NCBI GenBank assembly: GCA_038534095.1 | Contig: JBCAXK010000010.1 | Location: 1-39,173 of the forward strand | DNA length: 39,173 bases | Direction: 5' to 3' | DNA from: Chlamydiota bacterium | GTDB taxonomy: Bacteria > Chlamydiota > Chlamydiia > Chlamydiales > SM23-39 | Shown here: one piece after another, positions 18,525 through 27,460 of the stretch | Layout: every line of letters begins with the position of its first letter | Numbering within the stretch: the stretch's first letter is position 1 | Notes under the pieces: model-generated | Databases searched by the model: none | Told to the model about the DNA's origin: nothing | Seen by the model: the letters and a program-made list of their open reading frames with translations, nothing else | Made by a program: the position numbers and the translations under genes

Positions 18525-19413
18525 TTTTTTTCATTTTTGGGTGGGCCTGTTCATAGGCCCCTTTTTTCAACTTTTTTGACACCTTGGTGTAAATCGTTGT
18601 CGCCTTTAACGATTTATGCCCTAGCAGCTTTTGAATACTTTGTAAGTCCATCCCATTTTCTAGCCAGTGGGTAGCTATCGTATGCCTAACCGTATGGGGA
18701 GTGATCGCTGCGCTGAGGCCACTTTTTTTTAAATACTGCGCAAAACTCCGATCAATCGAACGGGATGAGAGCCTTCCTCCCCATTTATTCAAAAAAATCG
18801 CGTTTGCATCTTTCTGCTTTTTATGGGAATTCGTATCGAGCAAACGACTTGGATGCCCCAGGTATTTTTCTAACCAGCAGGCTGCGTTTTCCGTGATCGG
18901 GACAAGCCTTTGCCTTCTCCCCTTCCCATTCACTAAAAGGAGCCGTCTAGAGCGCTTCCAGTCTTCCCTAGACAGCTGCGTTAGCTCCGATACCCGCAAA
19001 GCAGAGCTATACAAAAGCTCCATGATCGAACGATCTCTCAGACCTAAATAGGTAGCGGTGTCTGGCTGCGCAAATAGAGTCAATACTTCTGAATAGGTGA
19101 TCGCCTTGGGAAGGATTTTTTCCCTTCTGGGCATACGCATCCCTGCAAAAGGATCTTGCTCGATCCATTTTTTTTTCTGCAAAAACCGGACAAAAGATCG
19201 TAGAGCCGATATTTTACGCAAAAGAGAAGCGCGTTTGATCTGTTTCTCATGAAGAGTCATAAGATAGACTCTCAAAAATCCCTTTGTCAAAGAGACCTCT
19301 TTTTCTAGAGAAAAAAACTCTCTCAGATCTCTTGCATAAGCCCGCACCGTCTCTTTAGAGCAGCGCTGGACCCCTTCTAGATAATCTAAAAAATCCTCAA
19401 CCTTATCCTGCAT
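18508..19413 (-). CDS. xerC: Tyrosine recombinase XerC/XerD family
   Basis: LRDRSIMELLYSSALRVSEL, GKG, TPHTVRHTIATH, LLGH, TTIYT. Start placed at MQDKV. xerC versus xerD is not strictly resolvable by eye. Confidence 0.88.
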   Translation of the reverse strand: MQDKVEDFLDYLEGVQRCSKETVRAYARDLREFFSLEKEVSLTKGFLRVYLMTLHEKQIKRASLLRKISALRSFVRFLQKKKWIEQDPFAGMRMPRREKILPKAITYSEVLTLFAQPDTATYLGLRDRSIMELLYSSALRVSELTQLSREDWKRSRRLLLVNGKGRRQRLVPITENAACWLEKYLGHPSRLLDTNSHKKQKDANAIFLNKWGGRLSSRSIDRSFAQYLKKSGLSAAITPHTVRHTIATHWLENGMDLQSIQKLLGHKSLKATTIYTKVSKKLKKGAYEQAHPKMKKTCEKR

Positions 19414-19424
19414 GTCCGAATTCC

Positions 19425-19453
19425 TTGAAAGTGCCCCCATTTTTTGGTATATT
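19425..19453 (+). promoter_or_regulatory. Putative promoter TTGAAA-N17-TATATT (TG-extended) for the ABC-F/TrmH genes
   Basis: Lies in the 62-bp gap between divergent xerC and ABC-F; supports ATG 19476 as the start. Confidence 0.6.
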
Positions 19454-19475
19454 GGTCAGAAAATTAGCAAAATTT

Positions 19476-21056
19476 ATGATTACTCTCCAAGACCTTTCCA
19501 AACGCGTTGGCGGAAGAACGCTGTTTGAAGATGTAACCATCACATTCAACAACTATCGTTACGGGCTCACAGGACCCAACGGCTGCGGAAAATCGACCTT
19601 ACTAAAAATCATCATGGGGATCGAAACTCCCAATTCAGGAACCGTTTCTCTCCCACCAAAGGTGGGATTCTTGCGCCAAAATATTGCAGATTTTCAAGAG
19701 CAGCTAGTGATCGATACCGTGATCGCAGGAAACGAAAAGCTGAGCGCAGCCCTTCAAGAGCGGGATCGCCTTTATGAAGAAGAGATGACCGACGCTATTG
19801 GGATGCGCCTTGGAGAACTCGAAGAGATTGTTGCTGAAGAAAACGGGTACTCTGCTGAAGCCGACGCAGAAATGCTACTCGAAGGGATGGGCGTAGACCT
19901 CGCTTTTGCTCAAAAGACCCTAAGGGAAATCCCTTTAGACAAACAATTCCGAGTACTTCTTTGCCAGGCGCTCTTTGGTGATCCAGAAGCGCTCATTCTC
20001 GATGAACCAACCAACCATTTAGATTTGGAGTCGATCGGCTGGCTCGAGCAATTTCTGTCTGAATACAAAGGATCGTTGATTGTTGTGAGTCACGACCGCC
20101 ACTTTCTAAACGCAGTAACCACCCACATCGCTGATATCGATTACGAGACCCTTATTGTCTATCCTGGCAATTACGATCAAATGCTTCACGCGAAAACCTC
20201 TGTGAGGGAAAGAGCGGAGCAGGCCAACAAAGCCAAAGAGAAAAAGGTCGCTCAGCTTCGGGAATTTGTGGCAAAGTTTGGCGCAGGTTCACGAGCGTCA
20301 CAGGTGCAATCAAGAGTCCGGGAGATTGAGCGACTTGAGCCGAAGGACCTAAAAAAATCGAATATACAACGCCCTTACATCCGTTTTCAAACGCCAGAAA
20401 AATCTTCGGGTCAGATCGTTTTTCGGATCAAAGATCTTTCGAAGTCTTATGAACAAAATCATGTCATTTCTCACCTCAATCTAGAAATTCAGCGTGGTGA
20501 TAAAATTGGGGTCATCGGAAACAATGGAGCTGGCAAAACAACCCTTCTCAAACTCCTTGCTGGCCACTTAACCCCCTCTTCGGGGGCTGTAGAAATGGGG
20601 CACGCCACCTCGATTGGGTACTTTCCCCAAAACCACTTAGATCTTGTCGATAAAACCCAAAAAATCACCATCTTTGATTGGCTAAAAGAGCGGGAAGCTG
20701 GCGTATACGATCAAGAGATTCGGGGCGTTTTAGGAAAAATGCTCTTTAGCGGCGATGATGCGTTCAAGCTCGTTGCAAACCTCTCTGGAGGGGAGCTCGC
20801 TCGCCTCATCTTAGGAGGCATCATGCTCACAAGCCCCAACGTTCTGATCTTCGATGAACCCAATAACCACCTCGACCTCGAATCGGTATCTGCCCTTGCC
20901 TGGAGCTTAAAAAGTAGTCAGTACCCAGGCACCGTCATCGCTGCCGCTCATGATCGAGACCTGATCGACGCTTTTGCCACCAAACTCCTCGTCTTTGAGA
21001 AGGATACCCTTCGCCTTGTCGATAGCACTCTCCAAGAGTATTTGAAGGCGCACTAA
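19476..21056 (+). CDS. ABC-F family ATPase (YbiT-like)
   Basis: Two ABC domains (GPNGCGKS/LDEPTNHLD and GNNGAGKT/LSGGE/FDEPNNHLD), helical linker, no TM segments. Confidence 0.93.
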   Translation: MITLQDLSKRVGGRTLFEDVTITFNNYRYGLTGPNGCGKSTLLKIIMGIETPNSGTVSLPPKVGFLRQNIADFQEQLVIDTVIAGNEKLSAALQERDRLYEEEMTDAIGMRLGELEEIVAEENGYSAEADAEMLLEGMGVDLAFAQKTLREIPLDKQFRVLLCQALFGDPEALILDEPTNHLDLESIGWLEQFLSEYKGSLIVVSHDRHFLNAVTTHIADIDYETLIVYPGNYDQMLHAKTSVRERAEQANKAKEKKVAQLREFVAKFGAGSRASQVQSRVREIERLEPKDLKKSNIQRPYIRFQTPEKSSGQIVFRIKDLSKSYEQNHVISHLNLEIQRGDKIGVIGNNGAGKTTLLKLLAGHLTPSSGAVEMGHATSIGYFPQNHLDLVDKTQKITIFDWLKEREAGVYDQEIRGVLGKMLFSGDDAFKLVANLSGGELARLILGGIMLTSPNVLIFDEPNNHLDLESVSALAWSLKSSQYPGTVIAAAHDRDLIDAFATKLLVFEKDTLRLVDSTLQEYLKAH

Positions 21057-21821
21057 ATGTTCACAAAGCGGAAGTTTTTGCGTTTAGAACAAAGGCAACA
21101 ACACAAACACTGCGCTCGCATTCTTCGCTCTCTTTACGAAGATGCCCTCAGTGAAACCCCACTAAATTTTCTCGAGTATGCCTGCCTCCTCGAGTGGATG
21201 CAACTTCCCTGTTTTTCCTCTAAAACCCCGAAAGATCTCTCAGATCAGTACCACTGGCACCTTTTACAAAGTCAGATCTCTCTAAAAGAACACAACCTGC
21301 TCCCTCCAATTCGCAAGTCTGATCGTGAACCTCTCCGCCCGTTTGGCAAAGCAGCTATCTACTTAGATCAGATGCGATCGGCTTACAATGTAGGCAATAT
21401 TCTCCGGACCGTGGAAGCTCTCCGTTTAGGCCCTGTCTATTTTCATCCCAAAACCCCTTTTGTTGATCACGATAAAGTACAAAAAGTATCTATGGGCGCC
21501 TACAAAGATGTGCCTGCCTTCATCGCTTCTGATCTTGATCATCTTCCTAAACCCCTCATTGCTCTTGAAACAGGGGAAGATGCGGAGGACGTGTCCTCCT
21601 TTCTTTTTCCTGAAGAATTCACTCTGATTATTGGGAATGAAGAATACGGCATTTCTGACGCTGTCTTGGCAAAAATCGATTACCTGATCACGATTCCCCT
21701 CTATGGAAGGAAAAATTCCATCAACGCAGCGGCAGCCTTTGCTATCGCGGCCCAAAAGATTGCAAGCTCTCTTCCTAAGCAAGAGAGCTTACTGAAGATA
21801 GCGACAAATAATACCGAATAA
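21057..21821 (+). CDS. TrmH/SpoU family RNA methyltransferase
   Basis: LDQMRSAYNVGNILRT, IIGNEEYGI, IPLYGRKNSINAA; abuts the ABC-F stop (TAAATG). Confidence 0.92.
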   Translation: MFTKRKFLRLEQRQQHKHCARILRSLYEDALSETPLNFLEYACLLEWMQLPCFSSKTPKDLSDQYHWHLLQSQISLKEHNLLPPIRKSDREPLRPFGKAAIYLDQMRSAYNVGNILRTVEALRLGPVYFHPKTPFVDHDKVQKVSMGAYKDVPAFIASDLDHLPKPLIALETGEDAEDVSSFLFPEEFTLIIGNEEYGISDAVLAKIDYLITIPLYGRKNSINAAAAFAIAAQKIASSLPKQESLLKIATNNTE

Positions 21822-21885
21822 AAATCCCTTTTTTAAAGGAAGAGCGCAGTATTGTTCAGTGAGATTCGCCCCCCTGCCAAGGAGC

Positions 21886-23334
21886 TTAGCTAGAAGACTC
21901 TGGCGCATCAATCAGATCGCTAAGATCTGTGTATGTCCCATCTTCAAGCTGCTTATCATGCCGTTCACGGACAAGCTGGACATACGTATTTTCCTGGGGC
22001 TTATGCTTGTAGGCCGTTGCTAAAGCAGCCGTTTTTGTGATGATACCATCACTATCAACTACAGACCCGTTTTCGCCAGTTTGTAAGATGATTTTGCGCA
22101 CACGTTTAGGAGCGCGGTTCAATAACTCAGCCACCTGAATTTTCCAGCCAAAAAACCAGACGAGATAGGGAACAGAAGCGATAAGAAACTGTTTCATACA
22201 AGGAAAATGCCCACAGGAAATCCGCGAGAGAGTCGATTGAATACAAGCATTATTCTCTAGCACGAGCCTCACGATAAATTTCCCCATATCGGATAAACGG
22301 TCGAAGGTGCGACTACAGATAGCAGAATATTTGACATCTGGATTGAGCTTGATTTTGCGGTTTCCGAATGTAAGCCCAACCATCGTACCACCCAAAGAAT
22401 GCCCGTGAACAATCACCTCTCGGACATCTGCCTGACTATTCACATAGTTGAGGGCGCAATGAGTCACACTTCCCATTGTTCTTAAGTTGGGTTTAGCATC
22501 ACTTTCCACACCTGCCTGCTGCATCACCAAAATATGACTACGAAGCTTTTTAGCTACGCGGATCATTTCTCCAGATAAAAGCGTTGATTCGGCAAGATCT
22601 CCATTGCCTAAATAACAGATCGTATATCTTCCCGGTTTTGCGTCTGGATTTGTGAGCTCGTATCCATAAAAGGAGGAAATCCGATCGGAAAAGTTGATAC
22701 GCTTTAGTCGTATCAGCTCAGGTGAAGATTCTCGAGGTGTAGCAGCAGATGCCTCCAAAACGTCTTGCCACTTTTTCACTTTTTCTTGCGAATGTATATG
22801 AACAGCAGGGAGAATCAAGTACGCCAGAATATAATCACGAATGACATCTCTAAATACAGTGATTACGGTAACAAGGGCTACAGGCAAAGTGATAGGCAAA
22901 CACGCCAGAAAACCAAAAAAAGAAAAATAGGAAAAAAAGTAAGAAAATCCCACCAAAACAAGAACTGGTCGGAAGATCCACAAAAACGCCCATTCCAGTT
23001 TTTGATAGCCAGGGATTTTCTGGTAACAAGCCCGCATGTCCGTAACAAAGCGCTCAGAAGAACCTAAGGTAGGACCACTTTTACAGGAATTCTCGACGAT
23101 AAACCTTTGACCAAAACGCTCTGCAATCTCTTCTGATGGAATGGTCAAAATGTTGTTCAAATGAGGGGTGTAAAACTCTGTATAAATGTTTTCGAGTGAA
23201 AGGGAACTCTTTCTACCCTGCCCTATGTTAGGCCCGCCTGGCGGCTTCGGATACGCTTCTTCATCGACTGTTGCAGAAGGATTTACGTCCGGAAGAACTC
23301 GGAATGGCCCTTCTTTAGGAATTTCGCTTATCAT
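21886..23334 (-). CDS. Membrane-anchored alpha/beta hydrolase, CHLPS/DUF818-like
   Basis: Hydrophobic stretch of about 47 aa, YLGNGD, GHSLGG nucleophile elbow, RTFDRLS, DGII, ERHD. Confidence 0.75.
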   Translation of the reverse strand: MISEIPKEGPFRVLPDVNPSATVDEEAYPKPPGGPNIGQGRKSSLSLENIYTEFYTPHLNNILTIPSEEIAERFGQRFIVENSCKSGPTLGSSERFVTDMRACYQKIPGYQKLEWAFLWIFRPVLVLVGFSYFFSYFSFFGFLACLPITLPVALVTVITVFRDVIRDYILAYLILPAVHIHSQEKVKKWQDVLEASAATPRESSPELIRLKRINFSDRISSFYGYELTNPDAKPGRYTICYLGNGDLAESTLLSGEMIRVAKKLRSHILVMQQAGVESDAKPNLRTMGSVTHCALNYVNSQADVREVIVHGHSLGGTMVGLTFGNRKIKLNPDVKYSAICSRTFDRLSDMGKFIVRLVLENNACIQSTLSRISCGHFPCMKQFLIASVPYLVWFFGWKIQVAELLNRAPKRVRKIILQTGENGSVVDSDGIITKTAALATAYKHKPQENTYVQLVRERHDKQLEDGTYTDLSDLIDAPESSS

Positions 23335-23461
23335 TTAATTCTCTTTTATAAAAAGAATAAATATTATTTTTTTATGATTAAAAAACAACAAAAAAAATTA
23401 TTTTATAAGATGAATGCAACAACACTTCACAGAAATTTCTTTGTAAAAGAAGGCACTTGTC

Positions 23462-24118
23462 TTAGAAGACACCTACCGTTTGTCTGTTTGGTGGGAAAGC
23501 CTCTTGGCTTACGGCAAGAGAAAACAAGTGGGCAGGCTGATTTTGACCATGGAAACGCCTCCATTCTAGAATCGCTGCTTGGACTTGGGCAATTTGTTGC
23601 TGTAGCTGCTCATGCTGTTGTTGTTTTTCCTCTTTTGTTCTGCTCAGAGCTTCGATTTCCCGCTCAAGCTCCTCATTTTCCGCCTCGATTGCAGTATGAG
23701 CTTCACGAGATGTTGCCACTTGCTGACGCAAATGGGAATTTTCCTCCTCGATCACTTCGGTTTGTTTGGTGATTCTTTGCGCTTTTTCTTTGCACGCGCG
23801 CTCTATTTGGGAGATCGCAGCTTGGTGGAGGCGCTCCCTTCTTTCCTCTTGCTGTTTTAAGGAATAAGAACACATGTAACCAACAGCCGCTTCTAACCTG
23901 TAGGCAAGCCAAGGTGGAAGAATGTAGGTAAGCGTCCGAAAAAAGAAAAAAGCGACTACCGTAATGTTTTCGTAAAGAGTATTAGCCCCCTCTTGTATCA
24001 GCACAATAGAGCGGAAAAAGAGGGCGCGGCTTTGTCTCCAAAACCGCTCCCAATACCAATACTGGAAATTTTTGATAGACTCTGTAGGTCTAACAGGAGT
24101 CACTCGTGAAACGATCAT
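23462..24118 (-). CDS. Hypothetical coiled-coil protein, paralog of 24215-24883
   Basis: EGA..LYE.I....F.FFR.L..ILP..L..RLEAA..Y followed by an E/Q-rich coiled coil. Confidence 0.8.
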   Translation of the reverse strand: MIVSRVTPVRPTESIKNFQYWYWERFWRQSRALFFRSIVLIQEGANTLYENITVVAFFFFRTLTYILPPWLAYRLEAAVGYMCSYSLKQQEERRERLHQAAISQIERACKEKAQRITKQTEVIEEENSHLRQQVATSREAHTAIEAENEELEREIEALSRTKEEKQQQHEQLQQQIAQVQAAILEWRRFHGQNQPAHLFSLAVSQEAFPPNRQTVGVF

Positions 24119-24214
24119 CTTAACGACCTTGGATAAAATTTTTTTAATTTCATACGAATTTTACCCAATTGTTATCAAGAAATTTTTTGTTTTTTTAAGA
24201 AAGTTTCTTCTTGT

Positions 24215-24883
24215 TTACCCAATGCGATGGGAGATTTTATCTGCAAGAGCACCTCTTTTAGTAGACCCTCTTAGAGAAGGCGTAAAGCCGGTATGACCGC
24301 GAGTCAGCATCTGAGAAAGGATAGCGCCTCGATCGCTAGCGAGCTGACTAGTGTCTAACTGACTACGATTGATAAGGTTTGCGTAACAAGCAATTAGGCC
24401 ATTTAACCGTTCTTGCAATCTTTGATTGGTCGCGTCGTAATGTGCAACCTGCTGGGTTAACTCTTCCCGCTTTCTCACAAGCGTTTCCCTCCTTGTTTCT
24501 GCTTGTTCGACTTTTTTAGCAAACGCTTGACTTGCTACTTGCAATTGGGCTCGCTCCTTTTTTGCTGCCTGTAAAACAATCTGTTTTTTCGCAAGAATGT
24601 TTCTGCAAACAGCTTTCTTGCTTTGCAGCTCTTCCTCCCTTTTTGCTACCCTGACCCGATTCCTCCAAGAGAAATAGGTGTTTTGTAAGTAGATACAAGC
24701 AGACTCTAAGCGGACCGATAAAGATTTTGGTAGAACCGTTTCAAGCAAACGGAAAAACGCAAAGAGATACCTCGAGATCTTTTCACAGAGAAAACGCGCA
24801 CCATCGATGGTTCTGTTTTTTATCTGGACAAAAAGCTCGCTTGCCGCGTTTGCGGAAAAAGAGTGAACGACTACCTTACACAT
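24215..24883 (-). CDS. Hypothetical coiled-coil protein, paralog of 23462-24118
   Basis: DGA..LCE.I....F.FFR.L..VLP..L..RLESA..Y plus coiled coil; GAGGTG SD upstream. Confidence 0.8.
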   Translation of the reverse strand: MCKVVVHSFSANAASELFVQIKNRTIDGARFLCEKISRYLFAFFRLLETVLPKSLSVRLESACIYLQNTYFSWRNRVRVAKREEELQSKKAVCRNILAKKQIVLQAAKKERAQLQVASQAFAKKVEQAETRRETLVRKREELTQQVAHYDATNQRLQERLNGLIACYANLINRSQLDTSQLASDRGAILSQMLTRGHTGFTPSLRGSTKRGALADKISHRIG

Positions 24884-24939
24884 ACATCACCTCAAAATTT
24901 TTATTTACAGAGGTATGATGAAGAGTTTCCTTTTTCTTG

Positions 24940-25863
24940 CTACGATTTTTTTATGGCTTTTGATGGAAAAGAGAATCGGCTGAGATCTTTTGCAGCGTGC
25001 GACGCGGGGAAAATGCGCCTAGCTTCTTCTTCAAAGAGACCTTCATCCCGGTAGCGAGCAGAAAAGTGGGTTAAAATGAGTTTTTTTGCCCCATTTTCCT
25101 CGGCAAGACGCGCCGCTTGCGCGGCAGTCATGTGCGCGTATTTTTCAGCAAGCTCCCGATGCTGCTCCAAATAGGTGCTTTCTGCTAACACCATGCTCGC
25201 ATTCTGCGCCAGAACCTTCGCGCTTTGACAAATTCTTGTATCTAAAATGTAGGCAAAGCTGATCCCCTCTTGCAGACAAGACACCTCATCCAATGTGACT
25301 GTTTTCCCCCCAAGAACAAGGCGCTGTTCCTCTTCAAGTTTTTTAACAAGAGGACCACGAACACCAAAAGCGCGCAATTTTTCAGGAAAAAACTTCCGGC
25401 GAGGCTTTTCCTGAATGCGGTAGCCGAGCGTAGGGACTCCGTGGTCTAAAAATTCTGCGGAAACCGTATAGGTCTCTGTGTCTAACATTGGTCCCGCTTG
25501 GGCTACTGGATGCTCTTCAATCTGAATATTTTCATGATAGAGACACGCCTTTCTTAAGTAGTCGAAATTCTTTTGGCAAGCTGCTGGAAAGTAACAGTGT
25601 ACTGTATGCAAGATCCGATCTAGATTCAGCCTCATCAGCATAGACCCCACTCCCAAACAGTGGTCTCCATGAAAATGGCTAATCAGAATACGGGTAACGC
25701 CTGTAGGCGCTGTATCGGCAAAGATGAACTGCCTCTGCGTCCCCTCACCTGGATCAAAAAGAAACCCTTCTCCGCACATCCTCACAAAATAGGCTCCATG
25801 ATTGCGAAACCTCGTTGGCTGCTGGCTAGAGGTACCAAGGACGATGAGCTCTTGAGCGCTCAA
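24940..25863 (-). CDS. rnz: Ribonuclease Z
   Basis: LGTSSQQPTRFRNH, FDPGEGTQRQ, HFHGDHCLG, ESTY, HMTA, LTHFSARY. TTG start overlaps the rhomboid TGA. Confidence 0.95.
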   Translation of the reverse strand: MSAQELIVLGTSSQQPTRFRNHGAYFVRMCGEGFLFDPGEGTQRQFIFADTAPTGVTRILISHFHGDHCLGVGSMLMRLNLDRILHTVHCYFPAACQKNFDYLRKACLYHENIQIEEHPVAQAGPMLDTETYTVSAEFLDHGVPTLGYRIQEKPRRKFFPEKLRAFGVRGPLVKKLEEEQRLVLGGKTVTLDEVSCLQEGISFAYILDTRICQSAKVLAQNASMVLAESTYLEQHRELAEKYAHMTAAQAARLAEENGAKKLILTHFSARYRDEGLFEEEARRIFPASHAAKDLSRFSFPSKAIKKS

Positions 25864-26975
25864 TCCACTCTCCAAGAAAAAAAGGAACTTCTTCCTAAAA
25901 TGGCTCCAATAAGCAGGCCACTTAGGTGAGCCGTATTTGCAATCTGAAAATTCGCTCCTTGCCCCGATAACTCGAGAAAGAAGGTGATCAGCTGAAAGAG
26001 CGTCGTTGCTAATACAAAAAATGTGATGAAAACGAGCGTCCGTTTACTCAACGGATACCCCTCCCAAGGTGCTACCTTTTGCCGCATCCAAATAAAGGCG
26101 ACCATACCTAACACCACGCCAGAAAATCCCAAAAAGAGAGGCCCGCTCATTAGATACTGCATCGAGTTAGAAAAAGCCCCTGCAATGACAATCAACAAGA
26201 GAAATCGAATGGCTGGAAGGCGCTCTTCGATCTGTTTTCCTAAAATCCATAGCCAAATCATATTGAATAGGATGTGGAAAATATCCCTGTGCAGAAGAGC
26301 AGGAGTAAAAAAGCGCCACAGCTGCCCTTCCCGAATTTTATTCCACATGGAGGGAATCTCTATGGACTGCCCTTCTAGGAAGTAGATAAAATAGGTATAA
26401 AAACCCTGAAAATAGGGCATCTTACTTGCAGCATTGATCCCGTTTCTTGCAGATTCAGAGAGTTTTCCCCAATCGGTTGCTCGGGTAATCCCATATTCAG
26501 AAAACAATTGATCCAAAAGGAGAAACTTTTCTGGAAGATCATAAAGGAGCCACTCTTGCACGCTGCTTAAAACAACATAGCGAGCATTGCGATCTGTAGA
26601 AAATAGGTTTTGCTGGAATGCGTCTAATAAAAAAATGCATATACATAGAGCGATGAAAAAGGTCGTGATGCCAAAAATCGCCTCTCTTTTAGCCGTTTTT
26701 TTTTGGTAGTGGGGATTTTCAATGGCAGAGACATGGAGCGCAGAGGTTTCGGGGGGAAGATCATATTTCGAATCGTTCGGGTTTTCCTGAAACGCTACAA
26801 AAGCGGCCAAAGCCTTCTCAATCGCATCTTCATCATGCGCCCAAAGGGAGCAAACAACGCGGTCCTCCTCTTTGTTGAAGGCAATTTCACAAGTATTTTC
26901 AATCGATAGCGTACGTAAATACGCAGAAAATGCTTTTGCTTTCTGCGGATCATATAGCGAGCCAATCATACGCAT
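25860..26975 (-). CDS. Rhomboid family intramembrane serine protease (GlpG-like)
   Basis: N-terminal soluble domain, QLWRFFTP, HILFN, GFSG, AHLSG. Start placed at MRMIG. Confidence 0.92.
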   Translation of the reverse strand: MRMIGSLYDPQKAKAFSAYLRTLSIENTCEIAFNKEEDRVVCSLWAHDEDAIEKALAAFVAFQENPNDSKYDLPPETSALHVSAIENPHYQKKTAKREAIFGITTFFIALCICIFLLDAFQQNLFSTDRNARYVVLSSVQEWLLYDLPEKFLLLDQLFSEYGITRATDWGKLSESARNGINAASKMPYFQGFYTYFIYFLEGQSIEIPSMWNKIREGQLWRFFTPALLHRDIFHILFNMIWLWILGKQIEERLPAIRFLLLIVIAGAFSNSMQYLMSGPLFLGFSGVVLGMVAFIWMRQKVAPWEGYPLSKRTLVFITFFVLATTLFQLITFFLELSGQGANFQIANTAHLSGLLIGAILGRSSFFSWRVD

Positions 26976-27460
26976 TGTTTGATTTTCTCCAAAATCTGGG
27001 TCGTGGACCATCCTGGGACTAACGAGACAATATGCAGCCTGCCTCCACAAGAGCGCACAACAGGAGCTTCGATACAATCTTTCCCATATTCTGCTCCGTT
27101 GACATGGACATTGGGGCGAATGATCTTGAGAATTGCATTGGGGGTAGATTCATCAAATGAGGTCACATAATCCACAAAATAACAGGCGCTCATCATCTGC
27201 ATCCGTTTCTTAAGAGGGATGATGGGACGAGAGGCTCCTTTGTAGGAGCGGATCGACGCATCACTATTGAGACAAACGAGCAAAATATCCCCTTGCAACG
27301 AGGCTTCATAAATGATGTGCAAATGCCCTGCGTGCAAAAGGTCAAAAGAGCCGTTCAAAGTAACAATCGTTTTCCCTTGTTCACGAAGAGTGGTGATCAC
27401 ACCTTGCAAGTTTGTTGGATCAATTTGCTTTTTTTGGCTTTCTTTTTCCCAGGGGCTCAT
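26966..27460 (-). CDS. Stand-alone HIGH-motif nucleotidyltransferase (RfaE domain II / HldC-like)
   Basis: NGSFDLLHAGH, LNSDASIRSYKG..RPI, VDYV..FDESTP, STT. Confidence 0.88.
   Translation of the reverse strand: MSPWEKESQKKQIDPTNLQGVITTLREQGKTIVTLNGSFDLLHAGHLHIIYEASLQGDILLVCLNSDASIRSYKGASRPIIPLKKRMQMMSACYFVDYVTSFDESTPNAILKIIRPNVHVNGAEYGKDCIEAPVVRSCGGRLHIVSLVPGWSTTQILEKIKQCV

Noticed and set aside
18508..19413. Integrase of a prophage or genomic island
   Set aside because: It looks like a housekeeping Xer recombinase among core genes, with no phage genes or att-like repeats seen.
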